From Octopus sinensis (taxonomy: Eukaryota), in NCBI RefSeq assembly GCF_006345805.1, contig NW_021833045.1, positions 21,300-85,299 of the forward strand: a stretch of DNA of 64,000 bases, written 5' to 3'. Position 1 is the stretch's first letter. Every line of letters starts with the position of its first letter. The notes below the pieces were generated by a model. The model saw only the letters and a program-made list of their open reading frames with translations. It made no database searches and was not told where the DNA came from. Both the position numbers and the translations under genes were made by a program. Positions 52,868 through 64,000 of the stretch are shown here, one piece after another.

Positions 52868-54153
52868 ATGTTTCTTTATTAGCCACACAGGGCTGCACAC
52901 AGATAGAACAAATTACAAGGTAGAGCTTTTCTTTTGAAGTTTTGAAAAAAAAAAAAAAAAAAAAAAAAAAGAAGGGGGAGTTTCGATCAAAAGGGATCGT
53001 AAAAGGAGAGAAAGAGGACAAAAAAAAGGGGGGTTAAAAAAAAAAAAAAAAAAAAAAGGGGAGAGGAAAAAAAATTGATCAATAGGGATCGTTATCACAG
53101 AATGTCAATATGAAGTGTAAAGGGGAGGACAGGTGAGGTTACCCGTGGAAAGAAAAGCCTACGGAAAAGACCACGGTAACCTCGGTCAATGAAGTCACAT
53201 TTTATATTCTTTCTTTTTTTTTTTTTTTTTTGCAAATAAGCAACTCTCTGTTTTCGATTTCTGGGTTCATAGGACTATGCTCAAGGTGGCTTCGTCATTC
53301 ATACGTGCCATTCTTGCTACATTCACCCATCTTTTTTTAAAACATTCGCTAGACAAAACTTGCCTCTCTACTCTCACTTTCCTTTTCAAGTGGTACTTGA
53401 AGAAGTTGATGAGAGATTGACCAGAGAGGAAAGTGTTTGTCCTCCAATCCTTTCAGACGCGTCCACCAGATACATTTTTTCGCCATAGCCACAAGGATGA
53501 TGAAAATAGCTCTTCCTTCCCGTTTGAAGGAAGAGGCGTGACAATATTGACGATAGACTCAGCTGATAAACCGACTCGTCCACACGTGACAGCAGTTGTT
53601 CGACATAAGCCCACAGGTCGGAAATTGTTGGACACTGAACGAGTGCGTGCAGAACGGTTTCGTCGCTCTGACCGCATCTCGGGCAGGTCGGCCCCGTGTT
53701 TCTCGAGCCGTGTCTGTAGAGCTTATCCCGAACGGGTAGCGCTTCTCGGTAGCACTGCCAGGCCAGGGATCTCTGGAAGTTGTCCATGGGCCCTGGCCCG
53801 AAAGTCGTCCCGAACAGGCGGGTCAGGTACTCCTCGTCGACGTCCAGGTTCGCCCCGAGCTCGTCGTCGTCCTCTCCCCTCCACTAAACCCCTATAGAAG
53901 CTTTGGTTGTGTTGAAGTCACTTAAGGTCGACCCAGGACGCAGAGTGCTTGAGAGCAACGCGACACTCGCGGTGCCATTCGCCCTTCCTCGGCCTCTTTT
54001 TGATCCACGACTGCAGTTCGGTCATGGAGACGAGCTGCGGGAAAGCGTGCCTCACAAACGGCGACCACACCTGTTCACCGTCGTCTACATAGAGCCAGAG
54101 ATGTCGCAGTCTCAGCGCGTGTCTGCGCATCATCAACCACGGCATGCCCAGAT
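52868..54153 (-). mobile_element. Tx1/L1-like LINE, 5'-truncated (~1.3 kb), flanked by (GATA)n
   Basis: Frameshifted ORF2 C-terminus (stop at 53267-53269) with LAWQCYREALPVRDKLYRHG...PTCPRCGQSDETVLHALVQC (CCHC knuckle of L1/Tx1 ORF2). A 3'UTR with AATAAA runs directly into (ATCT)n. Confidence 0.88.
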
Positions 54154-54155
54154 GA

Positions 54156-54222
<67 letters not shown>

Positions 54223-54605
54223 CATGACAGACGTACGAATATACGAGAAACACCGCTACAGCACATACATACAGACACGTACACACACACACGCACAGAA
54301 CACATATAAACATACACGCCAAGTTTACAATGACACGTACATACATGGCAGATACACACACAAACACACAAACACACACACACACACACAAACACACAAC
54401 GTATTTGATCATACAAGACAAATACACATACAAACATACGCAAGCCTCACAAAGGTAACAGATGCACACACACATACACTAACACACACACACACACCAC
54501 TAATACACACATACATATATGCATATAGTATGATTTCACACATCATTTCATATATCTTTTAGTTTTTTATTGGACCACGGCCTTCGACGGTTTAGGAAAA
54601 TAAAT

Positions 54606-54761
54606 CAAGCACAGTCCTTAGCTTTGTAAGGTCTGGTTATTATGCTATCGTTCTCTTTTGCCAAGCTGCTAAGTTCCGGAGGCGTAAACAAACCAACTGC
54701 GGTCCACAAACAGTGTAGGGACAAACACAGAACACACAACGCACGCACACATACACATACA

Positions 54762-54810
<49 letters not shown>

Positions 54811-54985
54811 GTGTGTGTATGTTCTTCTGTGTGTGTATACGACGGGTTTCCACGAAGTTTCCACTTAGAAAATCCAACCACAAGGCATTGGTCGGCCCGT
54901 CACTATAGTAGAAGACTTTTTTTCCAAGGTGCTGGGTAATGGAACTGATCCTGCAATCACATAATTGCAAACTGTTCTTTTTAAC
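54606..54985 (-). mobile_element. Degenerate SINE-B
   Basis: Reverse complement of head (gattgcaggatcagttcc...ccttggaaaaaagtcttctactatag) through tail (gactgtgcttg). Confidence 0.75.
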
Positions 54986-55375
54986 CACACATCCATATAC
55001 TAACTTCGGCCGTTCGTCGTCCGATACAAGATCTTTAAGGTGGGGTTTGGGAGTCAAAGAGGCGATGGGGCATGTTGGACAGAAAGAGCAGAAGGACGCC
55101 TTCGTACGTCTTTTGACAGAGTCATGCGTTGCTGAATTGGATACAGAGAATCTACTGGCAGAAAAAAAAAATTATATAACGAGGGTTGGCCTGACCGTGA
55201 TTTTGCCAAACACCATTTATAGTCGATGATATCGATCCATCATATGGTTGGTTCCCGCTATCTACTGCATTTGTGATGTGGAATTTTTCCAGAAGTTGCT
55301 TTTATGAATTATTTCGGAGTTCTCAAATAATATGCATTGAAGTTAGTCGCAACAACTTGATACATCGACTGGAGC

Positions 55376-55752
55376 AAAGAAGTGGCTGTGTGGTAAGTAG
55401 CTTGCTAATCAACTACATGGTTCCGGGTTCAATCCCACTGCGTGGCACCTTGGGCAAGTGTCTTCTACTATGCCTTAGGTCGACCAAATTCCATTGTGAG
55501 TGGATTTGGTAGAAAGAAGCCCGTCGTGTCTATATATATATGAGTGTGTGGGGGGTATATTTGTCACCCCAACATCGCTTGACAACCGACGGTGGTGTGC
55601 TTACGTCCCTGTAACTAGGCAGTTCGGCAAAGGAGACCGATAGAATAAGTACTAGGCTTACAAAGAATAAGTCCCGGGGTCGATTTGTTTGACTAAAAAG
55701 CCGGTGCTCCAGCACGGCCGCAGTCAAATGACTGAAACAAATAAAAGAAAGA
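55376..55752 (+). mobile_element. SINE-B, full length
   Basis: agaagtggctgtgtggtaagtagcttgc...gactgaaacaaataaaag. Confidence 0.9.
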
Positions 55753-57194
55753 ATGAGAGACTATAATCCTTTTCCTTTTTATTGTCAGAAAAATATTGAA
55801 GTTTACAACTGATTTACATAATCTGACATCTTTAAATATCTCTGAAATGCAGATTTGACTTCTACTAGACTCGAGAGATATAAGACCCAACACACGAATA
55901 CCCACAAACAGGACAGCCGTATGACCTAGGCAGTAAATACTGTTTCTGTGAATATAAAGTTTATCGTCTGCAACTGTGAAGGAGTTAAAGAGCTACGTTG
56001 ATAATTTGGTCAATAATTGGATCCAATTCACTTAGCGACAATGGAACGACTTGATGTCGTCTGCGCATCGTAGAATTCCATGAAATTTTCAGGCAGTAAG
56101 AGTTTTGAGTAAGTCAAAGAAAACAAAGGAGTAAGGCGAAATGGAGGTTTGAGATAATTTAGTTGTATATGTATACATGTATAAACATATATATGCATAT
56201 ATGTACATATATATATGTGTGTATATATGTACATATATATATATATATATATATAGATACATGTATCTATATATATATTTCTCTATACATATGCATATAT
56301 ACATACATATATAGACATGTGTGTATATATATATATACGCCTATATACACACATACGTATGTATATGTATATATATGTATATATATGTATGTGCGTATAT
56401 ATATGTATGTGCGTATATATATGCAGTGTATGTATGTGCGTATATATATATGCAGTGTATGTATGTATGTATGTATGTATGTATGTATGTATGTATGTAT
56501 GTATGTATGTATGTATGTATGTATGTGAAACTCGATAGAACGAGGATGGTTGTCGTACCACGCTGCTTTGTACCAAATCACAGTCGCTGACCTCTGAAGT
56601 GACCAAGGCTATTAGAACCAGCAAACACGCAATCTATGAATCCGTTGTTAATTAGAAATAACACACATTCGGTAGACGTGGCCAATTATTGCGCGATTGC
56701 CTTTCTTAATAAATTCAGCAAAAAAGTCGGTGCAGAGCCCATACTTCTTCCAAACACTATGTCTTAAATGGTCGATATTATATTAATATTCCTCTTGAAA
56801 ATGTGTAGTTCAATGTTTTTTTTGTGAGTGAAACAGATGTAGAGGGATTGAGGTACAACTTGTATTATTGCTGTTGTTGCTAACTCTAGGTCTGATGTCG
56901 CTGACCTGACTTATGTTCTATGTTCTAAAAGGCGCTTAAGCCATGACCAGTCCAACTTCTCACAAACGTTACTTATCTAGGACTACATTATCCAATGTGT
57001 CCTTCTCTCGTTAACACGGCAGTGTATCATTTGAGAGAGAGGCTTAAATGACTGCTTTGTGGGAACCCGCTTTATCTTGTTTGATTCACGCAGGCGAATA
57101 TGATAATTCGATTTACATTGAACATCTAGCTATCTATTTATTGAGCGATCGATCGGTCAAATAGTTGAGCTAACTATCAACCAATCGATCGATC

Positions 57195-57390
57195 GTTCTG
57201 TTTGTGTTTGTCCCCACACCGCTTCAGAACCGGCGTTTGTTTGTTTAAGTCCTCGTAACTTAGCGGTTTGGCAAAAGAGAACGATAGAATAAATATCAGA
57301 TTTTAAAAATGTAATTACTGCGATCGATTTGTTCGACTAAACCTTTGAAAGCCGTGCCCCAGCATGGCCGCAGTTCAACGACTGAAACAT
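57195..57390 (+). mobile_element. SINE-B 3' half
   Basis: cgtaacttagcggtttggcaaaagag...ccccagcatggccgcagttcaacgactgaaac. Confidence 0.75.
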
Positions 57391-58067
57391 CTATCTACCT
57401 GTCTATCGCTATTTATCTGTCCAACTATTTCTCCCTTAAGTGCATGTGTGCGCGTGTCTGCGTGTGAGTGTGCTTGTAACATTGTGCGCGTGTGTGCGTG
57501 TGTGCGTGTGTGTTTCTCTGGTTTTAGTTTTCGGATCTAAAGGGTGCGGCATAAAATCCTCCTATGTTTCGCACACCGATTAGTGGGACGCAAGACTTGT
57601 TAGGCAGCTGTTATTACAATCTCCACGTAGCTAATATGTTCCCGTTTCTTTTCAGTGACCATCATGGTTTGGATTGGAGCATATACTGTGCGTTTGCAAG
57701 GGAAACTCTTGCCAACCTCTAAATGTGGGAGGTTTTGGACACACTCTGTATAGTTTTGCGATATAAAGTGAAAAATCAAAAGAAATTTTGATTAATTCTT
57801 TGAAAATAAGGAAACAGCAAAATCTATACCACCCTCCAATAACAACAGACCAGCTTTCCATAGAGCTAGATGGTCAAGTGCCATAATACACTTAAGTACT
57901 CTCCATTCAATCGTTTCTCTTCGTTTCGTCACTCATACTGATCAATCACCAGCACCTCCGACAATCATTCTCTACACAAAACCTATACTCCTTCTTTTCT
58001 TCCTTAAACTTCATTTGACTTGAAATACCTCCTCCCAGCTCATCTTAAGTATTTATTGGGGAAGGAA

Positions 58068-58166
<99 letters not shown>

Positions 58167-58299
58167 GCTGCGTCCATCAGTTTGGAATTATTCAAGAGAA
58201 GTAGTAGCAAAGTAGATCCCATGAGTCTAGGATCGGAGGTTCTGCAAAGCCAACATGCAAATGCAGAACCTTTTTCTCGAAGGAAGCAATAATTATTTC

Positions 58300-58520
58300 A
58301 AATTTTGGAACAAGGTGAGCAATTTCAAGGAGACGAGGGTTAATCTATTACATCGACGCTCCACCCCAGAATTCAACAAGTTTTATTTTATCGACCCTGA
58401 AACGGATGAAAGGCAAAGTTGACCTCGGTGACACTTGAATCAGAATGTAAAGTGTCTGAACAAATTTTGTCCGACGCGCGAAAGGATGAAAGGCAAAGTC
58501 AACCTCGGCAGGTCTAATAA
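58300..58520 (-). mobile_element. Degenerate SINE-A2
   Basis: ggatgaaaggcaaagt(t/c)(g/a)acctcgg occurs twice. Confidence 0.7.
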
Positions 58521-59689
58521 TGACGAGCCAACAGGTCTAATAATCCTTTCTACTTTAGGATCAACGCTTGGAATTTGGAATAAGCTAGCATCCATCACAC
58601 ACACACGTACACACATACACACACCCCAATCATGACCGTCCTCAGATAATCTACTTTTCGTAAAATACAACCGCGCCATCTTGCCCATTCTCCTTCCCCT
58701 TCAGCAATTCTCCCCCTCTCTCTGCTCGTGTTTTCTCTTTAGCCCACCCCTCTCATAATACCTCCTTCTCCCACTGCTCTCATACTCTCTCATTAAACCC
58801 CCCTCCTCTCTTTTAAATTCTTTCATCACTTTTTGTCGTTTGTCGTCTTAAATTCCATTCGCTTCCATCTCTTCCTCTTTCTTCCAAATTCACGTCTATA
58901 TATCTCAGTGGTCGTCTCACTCCCCATTTCTCTCTCTCTCTTTCTCTCTCTTTCTCTGTCTCTCTCTGTCTCTCTCTGTATCCCTCTGTCTCTCTCTCTC
59001 TCTCTCTCATTTTCAATCTCATATACATACATACATACATATACATACACATATATTTACATACATACATGTATTCATGTATTCATGCGTGTATGGATAT
59101 ATATACTTATACATATATATATACGTATATACATATACATATATATATATATAGACACACACTTATACATACATATATATGCATATATATATACATATAC
59201 ATATATATATATATACGTACATACATATACATATATATATTGACAGACATATATACATACATATATATACATATACATGCATATATATATATGTGTGTAT
59301 ATATATAAATTTGAAATAATAATGGTGAAAAATTGAATATTAATTTGATTAATATCAATTCAAAACCAGTCGCCTAGCATATAAAATCTGAATATTCAGA
59401 AAAATTATATTACATACATATAAGGGGGATGACCATTGTCCACGTAGTGGTCATCCCTCTTATATGTATGCATATATATATATAAATATATATGTGTGTG
59501 TGTGTAAGCATATATTTCTTTCTTTACTTATTTATTTATTAGCAATGCCACATTACCGAAAACTGATTCTTGGAATTCCTCACTATAAGAGTCAGTAAAA
59601 GACCCCTCCAGGTAGTCTTTTAGCTACAGTTAGGCTTCACCTTTGAAACACCAGATTCTGCAGAAGACATGGCGAGAGGGAGATGTCAA

Positions 59690-60593
59690 TTGTCTCTCTC
59701 AACCACTCGCACTCCCCCTCCTCGCTCTCTCTCTTTCTCTTTCCTCTCTCTCACTCTCCTTCTCCCTCTCTCTGCTTATATATATTTACATTTTTTCTGT
59801 TACTGCCACCACTCTGGCTCCCTCCCCATCTCTCCCTTTGCCACTTCCTCTCTCTCCCTCTTTATCACTCTACCTACTTCCACCTTTCTTTCTCTTTGTC
59901 CCCTCGTTTTTCTCCCTTTCTTTCTCCCCAGTTTCTGTATTCCTCTCCCTCTCCTCCTTTCTACTTCCCTTTCAAATTTAACCATGGTCTTTCCTCATCT
60001 CAAGTATATTCCTCTTCTTCCTCAATTTCTTTTTTTACACCATCTCTTATTCTCACCTCCCACCGTCCCTCATTTCTTGTTTCGACTTTTCTCTCACTCA
60101 GATATTTTCTGTCTATTTCTCTATCTTTCTTTGTCTTACTTTCTCTCCCACTCCCTCTATTTCTCTCTCTTACTCTCTCTCACTTGCTCTCTCTCTCTCT
60201 CTCTCTCTCATCTAATTATCACTCTGTCTCTCCCTCCCTCTTTTTCTCTCTCATAAACACAATCACTCTTTCATCTTCATGCATTTCTTTCTCCCTCTCT
60301 CTTTCTCATTCCCATACTCTATTACTTCCTTTTTCTACCTCATTTGTTGCTCTCTTTCTCTCTCCTCTCTTTTTCTCTCATAAACACAATGACTCCTTCA
60401 TCTTCACACATTTTTCTTCCACCCTCTCTCTCTCTCTCATTTCCATACGCTATTACTTCTTTTCTCTCCCTCTTTCTTTCTCTTCCGTTCCCTCTTTCCC
60501 TTTTGTCCTTCATATTTGTAAGCCACTCCTTCCCCACCCTCATTCTTCTCTTTTCAACTCTGTACAGATGCTTCGTTTTCTGCATCACTTTCA

Positions 60594-60642
<49 letters not shown>

Positions 60643-60709
60643 TCTCTTCTTTGTCTCTCTCTCTCTCTCTCTTCCTCTCCAGCTCACTCATATACAAACC
60701 TTCTCTCGT

Positions 60710-60752
<43 letters not shown>

Positions 60753-60900
60753 ATTCATGTATCTATCTAGCTAGCTAGCTAGCTATCTGTCTGTCTCTCT
60801 GTCTCTCTACCTATCTATCCATCTATCAATCTACCTACCTAATTATTCGTCTGTCTATCTTTCTACCTATCTATCAATCCCCCCCTCTATCTTCCTCCAT
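59690..60900 (+). repeat. ~1.2-kb polypyrimidine (CT-rich) low-complexity tract
   Basis: Strong C/T strand bias with (CT)n runs. Confidence 0.9.
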
Positions 60901-61379
60901 TCTATCAAACAGTGTCAATTGTTCTTTTCTCATCTCACACTTATATCTCTCTTTCTCTCTTTCTCTACACTTGTTCTTTCTCACTTTCTACTCTCTCTCT
61001 CTCTCTCTCTCACACACACGCTCACACACTCACACACACTCCCTACTACTCTCCCTTTCCACGCTGTGTGTGTGTGTGCGACTGTGTGTGTATCTTCCCG
61101 TTCTTCATTCATTCTCTTTCTCACTTTCTACTCTCTCTCACTCTCTCACACAAACACACACACACTATCTCACACACACACACACACACGTATACACTCA
61201 CACACACATTCTATTCTCACACACAGTCACTACTACACTCCCTTTCCACGCTCTCTCTTTCTCTCTCTCTCTCTATGTGTGTGTGTATGTGTGTATGTGC
61301 GTGTATGTGGCTCTGTGTATGTCTGTGTGTGTGTGTGTGTGTGTATCTTCCCGTCCCTCATTCATTCTCTTTCTCACTT

Positions 61380-61440
<61 letters not shown>

Positions 61441-62249
61441 TCACACTCACACACACATTCTATTCTCACACACCATCATTACTATACACCTTTTCCACAC
61501 TCTCTCTCCCTTCCTTTTCCTCTCCCCCTCACCCCCTCTCTCTCTCTGTATCTCTTCCCGTTCCTCATTCATTCGCTTTCTCACCTTCTCTATTTCTCCC
61601 TCCCTACTCTAAACTACATCGTATTTCGCCTTATATATCTCTTTGACTCATAATTAAACACTCTTTGAATCTTAATTAGTTTTCAGTCATAATTAATAAC
61701 GACATTTCTCAAGAAACCATAGTTATGCTTTTATGCATGAGCCTATTTCTGATTTTATTATTGACAGCCTCCGAAAGGCAGAAATGTTTGAGAATGGCTT
61801 AACAGCGTCACCTGGTGGTATTCGTGTGTGTCACTATGCCATCCCTGTTTTATTTCCGCAGCAAGATCGATTTTATCTTCCTCGTCTGATAAAATAAAGT
61901 AGGGCTATGGGACGATGTGGCACAGGCGTTTCGGCGCTACTTATTTGACGCCGCTAATTCGACGCTGACTTCAGCCGGTTTAATGTTTCTTTCGGTATTG
62001 TTTTATGGTTATTGCTAGTTTGACAAGTCGATAGTATGTCTAGCATGTCTCCAATTTTGTATGCTTAGTATGTCTCTAATTAATTTTGTACATTTGTATG
62101 GTTATTACTAGTCTGACAAGCCGATAGACGGCACTCGAACTCCCAATCAACTTGATCTTCACAAGATATATATATATATATATATATATATATCGTTCTA
62201 GCCTTAGTATAGAGTCACATAAGTAAAATAATAACATCATCTTAAGGGT

Positions 62250-62420
62250 TTAGTCGAATAAATTGACCCCTGTGCTAATTTTGTAAAGTGTGGTACTTAT
62301 TATGTCACTTCCTTTGAACGAACCGCTAAGTTACACTGACGTAAATAAACCACCACGAGTTGTCAAGCGGTGCGGTGAACAAATACAAACACTAACACAC
62401 ATAAACACAGATACATACAG
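62250..62420 (-). mobile_element. SINE-B 3' fragment
   Basis: gaaccgctaagttac...gtaaataaaccacc...gttgtcaagcg (reverse complement of the SINE-B body). Confidence 0.7.
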
Positions 62421-62589
62421 ACACACAAATGCACACATACACCAAATACACACATGCACACACATACATATATACGATGTATATATATATATGCAGTGTA
62501 TATATATAATCACAGTATATATATATATATATACACACACGTGGACACACACACACATACATACATACATACATACATACATACATACA

Positions 62590-62623
<34 letters not shown>

Positions 62624-62648
62624 CATAAATACATGCATGCATACATAC

Positions 62649-62989
62649 TCATTCGAAGACTACAGATCCAATCCATCACTGGAACTGTAAAAATCTGTAA
62701 AACTTTCCAGAGGTTTATCATTTAAATATAATGAACATGTCTAGATATGCAACCATATGCATGAGAATACGTACATAAAGCAAGGCATACAAATTTGTAC
62801 ATATACATACATACATATATACATACATACATACATACATACATACATACATACATACATACATACATACATACATACAAAAATACCTTGTTGTTGATGT
62901 TGAAATTCCAATAAAGGAGCCTTGGATCTAGGTTAGAAACCGGTTCTTTCTCTATTAGCAAGAAATCTTGAAATAAAATTGAACAATGA
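62649..62989 (+). mobile_element. RLE-type LINE 3' end (C-terminus + 3'UTR), copy 1, in (CATA)n
   Basis: RRLQIQSITGTVKICKTFQRFII* is homologous to the C-terminus of the next copy; the 3'UTR ends gttagaaaccgg...gaacaatga|catacata. Confidence 0.7.
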
Positions 62990-62996
62990 CATACAT

Positions 62997-63582
62997 ATGC
63001 GACAACGTCGACGTAAAAAAATGTACACAAATGCCATTCGGAAAAAAGACTATCCTGCCATAAATGCAGAGCATCGCCCTGTAATTGAATACATACACAG
63101 ACGTCAACACAAGAAATGCTTGTGGAACATTCCCATGAAAATACATGTCAAGTGTAAGCATAACAGGCCGGATATTGCTGTTTGGGACTCAGACAAGAAA
63201 AGAGTATGTGCCGTAATAGGGGTCTTGATGTAAGTATCTTTGAAAATCAAAAAGAAAGAGGATTACTATGGACAACTGCTTCGAAACTTCCAGCTTCTAT
63301 ATCCAGAATGTATATTCGCATTTATATTAATAATAATTGGTACACAATTGTTTTATGTGACAATCTAGATAAGCTAGAGTTTTCAGAAAAAGAAATCAAC
63401 CAACTTGCGACATTACAAATATAATTTGTAAGTGGAACAGGAAAACTGTGCAAGACTTTTCCTAAGTTTAAAATGTAAAATCATTTTTGTTATCCTCACA
63501 CCAGCGATGGACCATTGTATCTTTGTTAGAAACCAGCTCCTTGCTCAGAGGAAGAATTCAAATAATTAAAAGCAGAAGAGAA
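62997..63582 (+). mobile_element. RLE-type LINE 3' fragment, copy 2 (clade uncertain: NeSL/HERO/CRE-like)
   Basis: Frameshifted ...LWNIPMKIHVKCKHNRPDIAVWDSDKK.../KEDYYGQLLRNFQLLYPECIFAFILIIIGT.../LQI*FVSGTGKLCKTF..KM* (PD-(D/E)xK-type); the 3'UTR gttagaaaccagc...gagaa runs into CATA/CA repeats. Confidence 0.75.
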
Positions 63583-63624
63583 CATACACACACACATACA
63601 CACATACATACATACAGACATACA

Positions 63625-63658
<34 letters not shown>

Positions 63659-64000
63659 CATACATACATACATACATACATGCGCATATATCTGTTTACA
63701 AGACAGTGCGTACGTTTCTTAGTGTTTCATTGAGATTATAAGAACGCTAAGGAACGAAACTACTTATGTAAATGAGGGCCCAAATCCGAACTCTGTTGGT
63801 CGGTTTAATTCCCAATAATTGTATGCATAATCACATTTTAATTATAGGAATATTACTGGAAATTAAATGTAGATTGATTAGTTTTCGAATTTCATTTATC
63901 TATTTAGAAGATAAGATTTAATATAACTCTTATTGTATGTACGAGTGATTAAACCTTAAATTATCAATATTTATGTTAATAATAGTGCATCAGATGTGCG

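Noticed and set aside
57540-57752. Possible Tc1-type MITE (agggtgcggcataaaatcctcc / ggaggttttggacacactctgta)
   Set aside because: The termini are too degenerate to call, and the internal translation is only vaguely Tc1-like.
58226-58272. 10-bp inverted repeat (aggttctgca/tgcagaacct) around an ATGCAAAT octamer
   Set aside because: A stem this short is expected by chance in 64 kb.
59669-61653. Long Leu/Ser/His-rich ORFs (up to 363 aa)
   Set aside because: They result from a pyrimidine-rich strand that is poor in stop codons.
323-63741. The great majority of ORF-track entries (poly-I/Y, YI, CV, HT, LS, YVCM repeats)
   Set aside because: They are translations of microsatellites, which lack stop codons in some frames; there are no domains or splice support.
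1-64000. CRISPR arrays, rRNA, bona fide tRNA genes, telomeric repeats
   Set aside because: None were seen; tRNA-like A/B boxes belong to SINE heads, and the repeated units are SINE bodies without unique spacers.

Overview
AT-rich, microsatellite-saturated eukaryotic (animal) genomic DNA. It is almost entirely intronic/intergenic, with no prokaryotic features. The tRNA-derived SINE repertoire and extreme simple-repeat load resemble octopus/cephalopod genomes; this is an inference from recalled repeat families, not from a database search. Nearly all listed ORFs are microsatellite translation artefacts. Supportable content: dozens of copies of two main SINE families (called A and B here) plus minor ones; mariner, hAT and Tigger-like DNA-transposon relics; an RTE fragment; a Penelope-like element (GIY-YIG) with inverted terminal repeats; and at most a few weakly supported host exons. 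The most interesting signal is three unrelated non-LTR retrotransposon families. Each occurs at least twice, and each is flanked on both sides by its own microsatellite: a Tx1/L1-like element in (GATA)n, R4/Dong-like RLE elements in (TAA)n, and a further RLE element in (CATA)n. This suggests sequence-specific LINEs partitioning microsatellite 'safe harbours'. Coordinates of degenerate repeats are approximate because they were read by eye.
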